The notes below the pieces were generated by a model. That model did no database searches. It was given only the letters and a program-made list of their open reading frames with translations, and was not told the origin of the DNA. This document shows, piece by piece, positions 1 through 9,022 of a stretch of 64,000 nucleotides of DNA (position 1 is the first letter of the stretch; every line of letters begins with the position of its first letter). The DNA comes from Thermoanaerobaculia bacterium (GTDB taxonomy: Bacteria; Acidobacteriota; Thermoanaerobaculia; Multivoradales; Multivoraceae), in NCBI GenBank assembly GCA_963664405.1, contig OY761158.1, positions 4,864,001 through 4,928,000 of the forward strand, in the 5' to 3' direction. A program made the position numbers and the translations under genes.

Positions 1-37
1 GTGGCGTCTCTCGCGATTCAGGACCTCTCTCGTTCAT
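1..37 (-). CDS. 5' end of a gene running off the left edge (MNERGPESRETP...)
   Basis: ATG at 37 on the minus strand preceded by AAGGAGAAGGC; too short to assign. Confidence 0.4.
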   Translation of the reverse strand, partial: MNERGPESRETP

Positions 38-197
38 GCCTTCTCCTTGTCGGGTTCACTTGGCAATACCAGCGTGCTTTTCTGATCATCTCATCTGCGC
101 CATTGGTGAAGATTTCTCGACTTTCTTCACCGCAACCCTTGACAGGTTTTTTCGACCCCTTCTCTACGAATCGAGCGAAGAGAAAGTGGAGATTCTA

Positions 198-714
198 GCC
201 GCCCAACGACGGCCTGACGGCTTGCAGCTCATGGCCGAAAGCGCCCTCGCGCACGAGCTCGACCGGGGCAGTTCGGGTGACCGGTATCAAGTTGTGATGC
301 ACGTTGACGAGAAGGTCCTGGCCGACTCCGAGGCTGGTGGCGTTTCGGTCCTCGAGGATGGGCAGCACGTTCCCGCGGGAACGTCTCAGCGACTCGCCTG
401 CGATGCCGGAAAGGTGGTCGTGCGCCATGCCCGCGATGGCACGGTTCTCGACGTCGGGCGCAGAACCCGTACGACTTCACACTGGGCCCAGGCGGAGAAA
501 CCAGCCTCGACAACCTCGCTCTGCTGTGTCGATGCCACCATCGATGGCGCAGGCGCCTCGGCCGCCGAAGTGGGCGGGGGAGCCGCTCGAGCTCCTCTTG
601 CACCAGCTCGAGGAACAGGGGATCAAGATCGACGATGACGGCGGCCTGCCCGATTGGGATGGAGAGTCTCTCGATCTCGCGTGGGCGGTCGATGCCCTGC
701 GATTGATCAATTGA
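198..714 (+). pseudogene. DUF222/HNH endonuclease (13E12-like) remnant
   Basis: QRRPDGL...RLACDA...VLDVGRRTRT; after a frameshift near 490, GETSLDNLALLCRCHH; in another frame WDGESLDLAWAVDAL. N-terminus and the CxxPGC segment are missing. Confidence 0.75.
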
Positions 715-911
715 AGCCAGATGGTCCTTCGGCCGCCACGGGTGCCACCCGTTTATTGGCCTGGTCTTCTCGGAGTCGCTACCTGCCTCTACCTTACAAA
801 CATTCAGGTGGCACCTGGCTCGCGAACAGAGGTAGCCCAGTCAGAGCGAAGACAAGCTCTGGGGCGGTGAGACGGTCCAAGTCGACGCGTCTGTGCCAAG
901 TTGGAACCCCG

Positions 912-1154
912 TCAGTGGCAATGGCTGTGCGCCTGCGACCAGATCTGACCGGGCGGGCAGATCGAGGCTTCCGCGTCTTCGCTCAGGCGGAACGACGAAG
1001 CGAGCGCCAGCGCCAGCACCACCACCACTGCCGCCACAATGAGCCATTGAACGTTGGACAGCCCTCCACTCTTCCGCACGCAACATGCTTTGAACTTCTT
1101 GCCACTACCGCAGGGGCAGGGCTCGTTGCGCCCGACTTTGTTTGTTGTGGCCAT
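912..1154 (-). CDS. Small SEC-C motif membrane protein
   Basis: [18 protein letters not shown], one TM helix, C-terminal [15 protein letters not shown]. Confidence 0.85.
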   Translation of the reverse strand: MATTNKVGRNEPCPCGSGKKFKACCVRKSGGLSNVQWLIVAAVVVVLALALASSFRLSEDAEASICPPGQIWSQAHSHCH

Positions 1155-1601
1155 CGGCTCGAGGTCTCTGGATCTATCGCGAGAGCGCCGAGATCATATC
1201 GCCCGAGCAGCAGCGGTGGCTGATCGCAAGACCCATCCTTAACGCTATCCCACGTTTCGCTCCGCGGGAAGGAGTGTCGGTAGCCGAGCGCAACCGGGAG
1301 ACCTTGGCCTCGCCGGGCAACGCGCCATCCCGGCCGCTGCCGCTCGCGAAACGCGAGCCGGGGGCGAGCACCGTGAGGGGCGCACCGGCCTCTGTGAATC
1401 ACTTCGCAACCGAGCGCTTCGCCCTCCTCAAAGAAAACCTTTGGCGTCCTTCGCTGCACCTCAGGAGGGTTGGCCAACCCTACACGCGGTGATGCTATTG
1501 TCTACTGAGATTACGTAGAAGCGATTCGCGCAGCTTGATTCGGGCGGGCCTCCGGCACTGCTGCCGGTAGTAGGGGCTAACCACAATGGAGGGCGATCGT
1601 C

Positions 1602-1922
1602 ATGCCGAAGTTCCTGATAGAAGCTTCCTACTCAGCCGAGGGTGCGAAGGGACTGCTGGAAGAAGGAGGGAGTGGTCGTAGGGCGGCCATCGAACAGGCA
1701 ATGGAGGGCCTCGGAGGGCGCGTCGAGGCGCTTTACTTCGCCTTGGAGGGCTCCCGTGCCTACATGATCATGGAGGCACCGGATGCCGCCTCCGTTGCAG
1801 CGCTCAGTCTCGCAGCTAGTGCTGCCGGCGTGGCGACAGTCTCGACCGTTCCCCTCCTGACACCAGAGGAGATGGACGAAGCGTGCCAGAAGGCAGTCAA
1901 CTATCGTCCTCCAGGCGGCTAG
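1602..1922 (+). CDS. GYD domain protein
   Basis: MPKFLIEASYSAEGAKGL...LGGRVEALYFA...YRPPG; GGAGG RBS. Confidence 0.85.
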   Translation: MPKFLIEASYSAEGAKGLLEEGGSGRRAAIEQAMEGLGGRVEALYFALEGSRAYMIMEAPDAASVAALSLAASAAGVATVSTVPLLTPEEMDEACQKAVNYRPPGG

Positions 1923-1967
1923 CCGCGCACCGTTCGCCTCGACGGCGGAGAGACCGCGTCCTCGACG

Positions 1968-3122
1968 TTAGGCCGTGACGAAACCAAAGTTCTCGCGCTC
2001 GAGCGGTCGGCTGACCGGTTGCCGCATCAGCTCGAGGGCGCCGACCTCGCTGAGAAAGTCATCCAACCTGCGACGCGATCCGGGGTCGAGATCGTCGTAG
2101 AAGGTCTTGGTCTTCTGGTGCTCCCAAACCATGTTCGCGCGGATCGGCACTTTTAGCCGGACCCCGTAGACGGAAACCTCATGGCTGGCCAGAGAGCCAT
2201 TGCCGCGCATCGCCGGCACTCGCTCGCCTGGGCCGATCTCCGGATGTGCCTCCAGCCAGTCCGCCAGCGATGTGATCGTCTGACCAAGCTCGACGGCAAA
2301 ATCTTCGACGGCGTGCAGGAGGATCGCCTCGAGCGTCGCCGGTAGGGCATCGTCGCGGAACAGCGTTGTCGGGCAATCATGGAACTCGGGCGACGGGCCC
2401 GGTGACATCATCCGCTCGGTCCAGCGGAACAGGTTCGGCGCGATGCGTTTCATCAGGCTTGAGGGATAGGGATCGCGGGCCATGTGCCCATAAAACGGCC
2501 CCATGAAGGCGTAATCGGCCAGCGTCGGATGCCCGCCAAGCAGAAAGGGATGCTCTTCGAAATGTCGGTTGAGCAGGGTCATCAAGGTCTCGCAGGCTGC
2601 GTCGATCGCATCCATCGTCTCCGGCACCAAACCCATTATCGGCAGGTTGCCCTGAATGCGTTGTGCGATTTTCTTGCCGAAAGCGATCTGTTCTTCCTCG
2701 GGCCCCCTGGGACGGATGGTTCGGCCGAACTCGTGATGGATGAAGGCCAAGTTCTCTTCCAGAAACGACCAGCGGAAATGTAGGCCGGGGCGGATCAAAC
2801 TGTGGGAGGCGTAGACCGCCAGGAAGCGGGCGGCCCAACCGAGAACAGCGGTGTCCGGATAGGCCGGCGGCGTGGCAAAGCGCGGCTCCAGGTAATCGAT
2901 AATCTCGACAGTGTCCTGAATGATGGCGCCGTCCGGTGTCTCCAGGATGGGAATGACGTCATACCCCACAGTCACCCGTGCGCGCTCGCGATATCCGCGG
3001 TCGGCGTTCGGACGCTCCACATAGGGCACCCGCTTGGCCAGCAGATAGGCCCGGGCTTTGGCCGAGTAGTAGGAACATTCGGCTGCGTAGAGAATGTAGG
3101 GTGCGGTCATGGCGGGAGCCAT
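1968..3122 (-). CDS. Glutathione S-transferase family protein
   Basis: SYYSAKARAYL, IPILETPDG, QDT, FLLGGHPTLADYA; start coupled (TGATG) to the upstream stop. Confidence 0.85.
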   Translation of the reverse strand: MAPAMTAPYILYAAECSYYSAKARAYLLAKRVPYVERPNADRGYRERARVTVGYDVIPILETPDGAIIQDTVEIIDYLEPRFATPPAYPDTAVLGWAARFLAVYASHSLIRPGLHFRWSFLEENLAFIHHEFGRTIRPRGPEEEQIAFGKKIAQRIQGNLPIMGLVPETMDAIDAACETLMTLLNRHFEEHPFLLGGHPTLADYAFMGPFYGHMARDPYPSSLMKRIAPNLFRWTERMMSPGPSPEFHDCPTTLFRDDALPATLEAILLHAVEDFAVELGQTITSLADWLEAHPEIGPGERVPAMRGNGSLASHEVSVYGVRLKVPIRANMVWEHQKTKTFYDDLDPGSRRRLDDFLSEVGALELMRQPVSRPLERENFGFVTA

Positions 3123-3631
3123 CAGGCCGTCAGCTCTGTAGGCGTCAGCGCGTAGAGGACGGCGTGCTCCAGCACATCGGTTCGGAGGTGCGAGATCTCT
3201 GCGTATTCGGGTGAGCCGGCCATCGCGAGGAACTTGTCGACACTCGGGTACTCCACCAGGGCCACGATGTCCCACTCCTGCTCGCCGAGGAGCAATTCGC
3301 GGCACTGGCCGACGAAGATCAGTCGGGTTCCGGGGGCGTGCTGTTGCGACGGCCCGTCGAAAGCCTCGGCGTAGGGGGCGATCGACGCCCCTTCTTTGAG
3401 CTTCATCAGGTTGAGCATCACCACCGGCTTCTCGCCCAGCGCTTGGCGGAGCCGCTGCAGGCGCATCCCACGCTCCTGCTCGCTGACCCCGCCACCGGGT
3501 CGGGCCTCTTGCGCTCCAACCTCTTCGATGGCGACGAGCTGGCTGCTGAGTCCGAGGGCGAGTCCGGTGCCGAGACCACGGCTGACCAGGTCGCGGCGAG
3601 TCGATTGGGTCGAGGGGGTCGCTTCTTTCAT
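3122..3631 (-). CDS. DUF1330 protein with a Tat-like leader
   Basis: TRRDLV leader; PVVMLNL...WDIVALVEYPS...FLAM..SPEY. Confidence 0.75.
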   Translation of the reverse strand: MKEATPSTQSTRRDLVSRGLGTGLALGLSSQLVAIEEVGAQEARPGGGVSEQERGMRLQRLRQALGEKPVVMLNLMKLKEGASIAPYAEAFDGPSQQHAPGTRLIFVGQCRELLLGEQEWDIVALVEYPSVDKFLAMAGSPEYAEISHLRTDVLEHAVLYALTPTELTA

Positions 3632-3726
3632 TGGCTCAGAACCTCACTTTCTTCGCTGCAGGATCACTAGCCATGGCGCAGATAGAGAAACGCTCCCAGC
3701 TACCGAGCATCCAGGACGATGTTCAG

Positions 3727-3918
3727 CTAGCTCCTATCGGGCGTCTTGGCGGGCTCTCGCTCCTTCGCCAGGCCTCGAAGCGCTTCGTTGACCGCCTCGG
3801 ACGTGGGAAATACCTTGGCCACGTCGGGCGCTAACACGACGATTTTCTCGCCGCCGCTCGTCAACCGATCGGTGTATTTTCCCCGAATGCCCTTCGAAAA
3901 ATCGTACTCGTCACGCAT
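3727..3918 (-). CDS. Antitoxin partner of BrnT (BrnA-like)
   Basis: MRDEYDFSKGIRGKY...LAPDVAKVFPTSEAVNEALR, 2 nt downstream of brnT. Confidence 0.75.
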   Translation of the reverse strand: MRDEYDFSKGIRGKYTDRLTSGGEKIVVLAPDVAKVFPTSEAVNEALRGLAKEREPAKTPDRS

Positions 3919-3920
3919 AG

Positions 3921-4211
3921 TCAGAACTCTTCATACTGGCGGCGCTCTCGCCTCGTGGCCGTGCGCGCGCTTATCAGCCGTATTCTATCGCCTCGATCGG
4001 TATGGGCGACGACGAGCAACCGGTTGCGGTTCGAGAACCCCAGAAGTATCCGCCGTTCCTCTTGGTCGGAGTGCTCGGGATCAGGGATGGTCAAGGAGAG
4101 GCGGTCGCGGAAGCTGGACGTCGCCTCCTGGAACGCCACGCCGTGTTTCTGGAGGTTCTCGACCGCTTTCATCGTGTCCCACTCGAAAGCAACTCTCGGA
4201 CTCTTTCCCAC
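3921..4211 (-). CDS. brnT: BrnT family ribonuclease toxin
   Basis: FEWD..KA..N..KHGV.F.EA...F.D...HS..EER...LG...IRLISAR.AT..ER. Confidence 0.9.
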   Translation of the reverse strand: MGKSPRVAFEWDTMKAVENLQKHGVAFQEATSSFRDRLSLTIPDPEHSDQEERRILLGFSNRNRLLVVAHTDRGDRIRLISARTATRRERRQYEEF

Positions 4212-4373
4212 TGTCGCGTGACGCCTCCACCAATGGAGACGTGATCGCGAGTGGCAACCTTGCTGCGACCCCGATTTCGGGAGCTCCGGAGCTCGAGGGG
4301 GCTACGTAGTTCTTCTGTCTTCAGAAGAAGAGCTTCTCAGCATCGCCGGCATCCATCTGCGGGAGATCATGGG

Positions 4374-4618
4374 CTACTGTTTCATCGCCCTATTCTGGAG
4401 CGGTATCGTGTTCTCGATATAACCGAAGAGCAGGGTCAGAACGATCTGGTTGGTGAAGGTGAGGAGATCCCAGAAGGAGTCTCCCCACGACTCGAGAGCC
4501 GACTGGGCCGGGTAGCCGGCTACACCGATGGCGAGAGCGAAGGTGAGAAGCGAGAGTAGTGCCGCTACGACAAAAGCATCGGGAGCCCGCGCAGGAAAAG
4601 GCGTACGAGATACTGCAC
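4374..4618 (-). pseudogene. 5' remnant of an AtoE-like short-chain fatty acid transporter
   Basis: VQYLVRLFLR, frameshift, then PDAFVVAALLSLLTFALAIG...WGDSFWDLLTFTNQIVLTLLFGY and an early stop; not in the ORF track. Confidence 0.6.
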
Positions 4619-4659
4619 GGGAGAACCCTCAGTTGCTGTTGAAATCCTTCATCGCTGCT

Positions 4660-5070
4660 CTACTCGAGGACCGCGACACCAAGGTCGGGAAAGCGACGAT
4701 CGAAAGTGTAGATGCGAGGCGGTCCAATCTCACGAGCCTGCGCCCACTGCATTGCGTCGGCGAACGAGACGCGCCTCGAATCGCGACAAAGCGAGAGCGC
4801 TTCGAGGGCAACGGGCTTCGAGAGGGAGAGCAGCTTCAGATTGCGACGCCGAATCAACGCTTGCAGGGCGTCGACTGTCGAGGCCCGGGCGACGCCATAG
4901 ACCGAAGTCAGAACGTAGGCGACCTCGACCAGCACCAGCTCACTTACGATGCGAAGGTGCTCGCTCTCGATGATCTTTGCGGCCCGCTCCGCGAGGTGAG
5001 GGGGATCATCGGTGAGGTAGCGCACGACCACGCTGCTGTCGAGAAACGCAGCGCCCGATTCCTCACTCAT
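4660..5070 (-). CDS. vapC: PIN-domain VapC toxin
   Basis: FLDSSVVVRYL, E...VL, SFADA, IYTFDRRF acidic PIN residues. Confidence 0.9.
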   Translation of the reverse strand: MSEESGAAFLDSSVVVRYLTDDPPHLAERAAKIIESEHLRIVSELVLVEVAYVLTSVYGVARASTVDALQALIRRRNLKLLSLSKPVALEALSLCRDSRRVSFADAMQWAQAREIGPPRIYTFDRRFPDLGVAVLE

Positions 5071-5344
5071 CCTCAGACTCCTCAGCTTCCGCCACGACAC
5101 TCGCGTTTCTCCACGCCTCGTCGACCGCCTCTCCCCAGGCAGGTGCGTCCGGCCGCACCTTGACCCTCGTCTCGGCGGCAAGGGTCCCGCGCAGGGAGCG
5201 CTCGTGATCGGGCGGAAAGAAGCGAATCTCCACTCGATCCCCAACCGTCTGCTGAACTGCGAGATAGCCCGGCTCAATCCCAAGGCGGTCTCGAATCGAC
5301 TTTTCGATCACAACCTGTCCCTTAGTACCTACTTTCACACTCAT
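5063..5344 (-). CDS. AbrB/MazE/SpoVT-type antitoxin (VapB)
   Basis: VKVGTKGQVVIEKSIRDRLGIEPG; overlaps the vapC start. Confidence 0.85.
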   Translation of the reverse strand: MSVKVGTKGQVVIEKSIRDRLGIEPGYLAVQQTVGDRVEIRFFPPDHERSLRGTLAAETRVKVRPDAPAWGEAVDEAWRNASVVAEAEESEDE

Positions 5345-5361
5345 GTCGTATTACCAACCAC

Positions 5362-5371
5362 AAGTATACTT
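5362..5371. promoter_or_regulatory. Palindrome AAGTATACTT upstream of vapBC, putative operator/-10 region
   Basis: Perfect 10-bp palindrome in an AT-rich patch just upstream of the antitoxin start. Confidence 0.4.
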
Positions 5372-5475
5372 TTCCAATTGAAGTATGACAATTGCCCTCA
5401 GGTCAGTGACTCGCAGCTGGAGCGACCCGCTCATTCGCCTGCGGTCAAGCCTGCGATGAGACTACCCCTTGTTGC

Positions 5476-5799
5476 TCAGGTCGATCCCGTGCCAGAGATT
5501 GCTCGGCCTACTTCTTTCGTGGATCCGCCCAGCGTGAGCACCGAGCGCGCCAGCTGATCTAGCGTCGCCTGACCCTTCTCCAGCTTCGAAACCCTCCCCT
5601 GACTGGTCTTGAGGATCCTTGCGACGCGCTCCTGGGAGAGCTTCTTCTTTCTGCGCCTGGTCTTCAGCTCCTCTCCCAAGCGGATCTTCATGTCGATCAC
5701 GGCCACTTCCTCCGGGCTGAGGCCGAGCCACTCTTCGACGGTGGTCACTCGTCCATCCATGGCCTCGATTCGAGCGCTCTTCTTTGTACTAAGGGGCAT
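5476..5799 (-). CDS. XRE-family HTH antitoxin (HigA-like)
   Basis: LSQERVARILKTSQGRVSKLEKG, downstream of the toxin. Confidence 0.85.
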   Translation of the reverse strand: MPLSTKKSARIEAMDGRVTTVEEWLGLSPEEVAVIDMKIRLGEELKTRRRKKKLSQERVARILKTSQGRVSKLEKGQATLDQLARSVLTLGGSTKEVGRAISGTGST

Positions 5800-5814
5800 C
5801 GCTTACCTCTGCTG

Positions 5815-6147
5815 TCAATTCGCGTCGTACTTCCGTAACAGATTCTTGGCTCTGTCGATCAAGCGCTTTGGCGTTTTGCTCGTCTTCTTGCTGAACACGG
5901 CAACCACGAGAACGGCGTCAACGTCAGATCTGTAGATCACTCGCCACGTCTGACCAGCTTCGTTCACTCGCAGCTCGTGGCAGCCTCGACCGATCGCAGG
6001 CATCGGACGTGAGTGGGGCATCCCGATATTGACGCCTTGCTGAAGCTTTCGGATCAGAAAACCAATCTCGCGCCGCGCGTCAAGCGACACCGGCGGCGTC
6101 TTGATTTCTCCGGCCAGTATCACGAGGGCCTTGTCGGTCGCCCGCAC
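5815..6147 (-). CDS. RelE/HigB (Gp49-like) toxin
   Basis: IKTPP...AR.EIG...LQQG...MPHSRPMPAIG.GCHELR...WRVIY...FSKKT.KTP; GTG start inferred. Confidence 0.85.
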   Translation of the reverse strand: MRATDKALVILAGEIKTPPVSLDARREIGFLIRKLQQGVNIGMPHSRPMPAIGRGCHELRVNEAGQTWRVIYRSDVDAVLVVAVFSKKTSKTPKRLIDRAKNLLRKYDAN

Positions 6148-6160
6148 TCCATACTCGGAA

Positions 6161-6179
6161 ATAATACCAGATCTGGCAT
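6161..6179 (-). promoter_or_regulatory. HigBA-like promoter/operator
   Basis: Near-perfect palindrome ATACCAGATCTGGCAT (6164-6179) overlapping minus-strand TATTAT (6161-6166). Confidence 0.5.
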
Positions 6180-6344
6180 ATCCTGGAAAGCCCGATCGGG
6201 TATAGTTTCGATCTCTTCCGACCCTCTGTGTCTGTGCACCGCTGAGCGGTTCCTCCTCTACTGAAGGACGCAATTGAGGGGGATGGTTCAACGAAGAGGG
6301 TGGTAGGGTCAGTCGCCCATCGAACGCCCTTAGCGAGTGGAATT

Positions 6345-7508
6345 GTGAGCACCATCAGGCGCATTACCGTCCAGGCTTATACCTACGAGCTCGACGACTT
6401 CGGCCCGTCAATCGCTACGTATACAGCTGGGGTCAAACTGAAAGTAGGGAAGTTCGTCGTCACCATCGAGACCGACGACGGATTGAAAGGGAGCTATGCG
6501 CCGCACTTCGGGGCCACCGCGCAGGCGATGGCGCAGGTCCACGCGATGGCGCCAGGCTTGATCGGTCAGGACGCCGAGGAACGGGAGCGGATATTCGAAC
6601 GGCTGAAGATCGGTTTTCGGCATTTCGACAAGACGGGCATCTCGGCCTTGGATACCGCGCTGTGGGATCTTGCGGGTAAGAAGTACGGCGCATCGATCGC
6701 GCAACTCTTGGGCGGGTATCGGAAGAGCTTGCCGGTGTATGCGAGCACGACTCCAGGGCAGAAATCCCCCGGTGGGTTGGACAGCATCGACAAATACGCC
6801 GACTTCGCTGAAGCTTGCATGGAGCGCGGTATTCCCGCTTTCAAGATCCACGGCTTCTTCGACGGCAACGTGAAGAGCGAAATCGGCATCATGAAGGCGG
6901 TTCGCGATCGCGTCGGCGACGGGATGAAACTGATGACGGACCCGGCGTCTTCGCTGACATCTTTCCTGGATGCCGTGGAGGTCGGTCGGGCTTGCGATGA
7001 TCTCGGTTTCTTCTGGTACGAGGACCCCTATCGGGATGCGTCTTCGAGCGCTGTTGCCCACAAACGACTGCGTGACTTCATTCGCACGCCGATGTTGATT
7101 GCCGAGCACATTCGAGGATTCGAACAGAAAGCGGACTTCGTGCTGGCCGGCGGCACCGACATCATGCACATCGATCCCGAGTTGGATGGAGGCATCACCG
7201 GGACGATGAAGTTGGCGCATTTCTGCGACGCCATCGGGATGGAAGTGCAGCTCCATACCGCCGGTCCGATGCATCGCCACTGCATGGCCGCCATTGTGAA
7301 CACGCATTTCTACGAGCTCGGGCTGGTGAATCCAGATCGCGCATGGAACGGTCTTCAACCTCCCATTTATGCAGACGACTACGGCGATCGGATCGACACT
7401 GTCGACGCCAACGGATGTGTAACGGTTCCCACGGGCCCGGGACTTGGGGTGGAGTACGACTGGGACAAGGTCAACGCCTGGGAAACGGGACGGAGGGTTT
7501 TCGAGTGA
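6345..7508 (+). CDS. Mandelate racemase/muconate lactonizing (enolase superfamily) enzyme
   Basis: ALDTALWDLAGK, FKIH, LMTD, WYEDP, AEH, VPTGPGLGVE. Confidence 0.9.
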   Translation: MSTIRRITVQAYTYELDDFGPSIATYTAGVKLKVGKFVVTIETDDGLKGSYAPHFGATAQAMAQVHAMAPGLIGQDAEERERIFERLKIGFRHFDKTGISALDTALWDLAGKKYGASIAQLLGGYRKSLPVYASTTPGQKSPGGLDSIDKYADFAEACMERGIPAFKIHGFFDGNVKSEIGIMKAVRDRVGDGMKLMTDPASSLTSFLDAVEVGRACDDLGFFWYEDPYRDASSSAVAHKRLRDFIRTPMLIAEHIRGFEQKADFVLAGGTDIMHIDPELDGGITGTMKLAHFCDAIGMEVQLHTAGPMHRHCMAAIVNTHFYELGLVNPDRAWNGLQPPIYADDYGDRIDTVDANGCVTVPTGPGLGVEYDWDKVNAWETGRRVFE

Positions 7509-8983
7509 AGAAAAGAACTGTGTTGCTCGTCTGTCTGGCCGCACTCCTCGTCGGGTGCGCGGCCGAGCCGGAGCCGATCACCATCACTAACGGGCAAGGT
7601 GAGATGGCCGGCGAGGTGACCGCCGACAGTGTCATCCTGCAGTCGCGCCTGACCACCGAGAGGGTCATCGTCGATGGCGACGTACCTGGAGCGCCAGGTG
7701 TGGCGCGCTTCGAGCTGGCGACGTCGGAGGACTTCGCTCACGCCACCGAGTCGCCGTGGCTCGAGGCAACCGCCGAGCAGGACTTCATCGTCAAGACCGT
7801 CATGGACGGGTTGGCTCCGGGCACGCGGTACTACTACCGTCTCCGGTACGGACCGAGCCAGGGCAACACACGCCTCGGGGCATCCCGATCGTTCAGCACG
7901 CTGCCTGGCGCCGACGGCGTCACCGAGGTGAACTTCGTCGTGGTCACCGGCATGAACTACGCCCGGTTTCATGGCACCGATCCACGGGCCGGCTCGCCCG
8001 AAGACAAGGCGTTGGGCTACCCGGCGCTCGAAACGATTCTGGAGAAATCGCCGGAGTTCTTTGTCGGCACCGGCGACAACGTCTACTACGACGTGCCGCG
8101 CGAGGAGTTCGAGCGCACCCAGCCCTTCATGCGCCGGAAGTGGCACGAGCAGCTGGTGCAACCGCGCTTCATCGATCTATTCGCTCAGGTGCCTACCTAC
8201 TGGGAAAAGGACGACCACGACTATCGATACAACGACTCCGACAACATGATCGACAACGAGCCCGACCCCTCGCCCGAGCTGGGCGCCGCGACATTCCTGG
8301 AGCAGGTGCCGGTGGTCGACCCGGATGACTCGAGCCCGGTCACCTACCGCACGCATCGGGTGTCGCGGGATCTGCAGATCTGGCTCACCGAGGGCCGCGA
8401 CTACCGCAGCCCCAACATGGCCCCGCCCGGTCCGGACAAGACCCTGTGGGGCGCGGAGCAACTGGCCTGGCTGAAAGCGACCTTGCTCGATAGCGATGCC
8501 ACCTTCAAGATCCTGATCTCGCCAACGCCGATGATCGGGCCCGACGACGCCAACCAGGCGGGGCCACAGGCAAAAGGCCACGATCCGTTCAAGCGCGACA
8601 ATCACTCGAACCCCTACGGGTTTCAGCATGAGCGGGACGCGTTCTTCGATTGGCTTGAGCAGAACGAGTTCCTCGACAAGCACTTCTACATCGTTGTCGG
8701 CGACCGTCACTGGCAATACCACTCGATCCACCCGCGCGGCTTCGAGGAGTTCTCGACCGGCGCGCTGGTCGACGCCAACTCGCGGCTGGGCCGAAACCCC
8801 GGCGACCCGGAGTCGAACGACCCCGAAGCGCTGATCGAACAGCCCTTCTCGTCACCCGAGCCGACCGGCGGCTTTCTCGAGGTCACTGTGACGCCCGGAG
8901 TCGCGCCGAGCGCCGCGTTCCGCTGGTTCGATGAACGTGGCGTGCTGACCTACGAGACGGTCAGAATCGCCGACGGCGTTTGA
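7505..8983 (+). CDS. phoD: PhoD-like alkaline phosphatase D family lipoprotein
   Basis: Lipobox LVGC; GDNVYYD, DDHD, GRDYRS, WGAEQLAWLK, GDRH. Confidence 0.85.
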   Translation: MKKRTVLLVCLAALLVGCAAEPEPITITNGQGEMAGEVTADSVILQSRLTTERVIVDGDVPGAPGVARFELATSEDFAHATESPWLEATAEQDFIVKTVMDGLAPGTRYYYRLRYGPSQGNTRLGASRSFSTLPGADGVTEVNFVVVTGMNYARFHGTDPRAGSPEDKALGYPALETILEKSPEFFVGTGDNVYYDVPREEFERTQPFMRRKWHEQLVQPRFIDLFAQVPTYWEKDDHDYRYNDSDNMIDNEPDPSPELGAATFLEQVPVVDPDDSSPVTYRTHRVSRDLQIWLTEGRDYRSPNMAPPGPDKTLWGAEQLAWLKATLLDSDATFKILISPTPMIGPDDANQAGPQAKGHDPFKRDNHSNPYGFQHERDAFFDWLEQNEFLDKHFYIVVGDRHWQYHSIHPRGFEEFSTGALVDANSRLGRNPGDPESNDPEALIEQPFSSPEPTGGFLEVTVTPGVAPSAAFRWFDERGVLTYETVRIADGV

Positions 8984-9022
8984 GCTCGGCGAAGCCGTCA
9001 CGGGCCCAGATCGATCAGGCGA

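Noticed and set aside
1245-1490. Possible structured RNA or REP (hairpin GCTCGCG-AAA-CGCGAGC at 1342-1358)
   Set aside because: A single short GC stem, no second copy seen, and no recognisable family.
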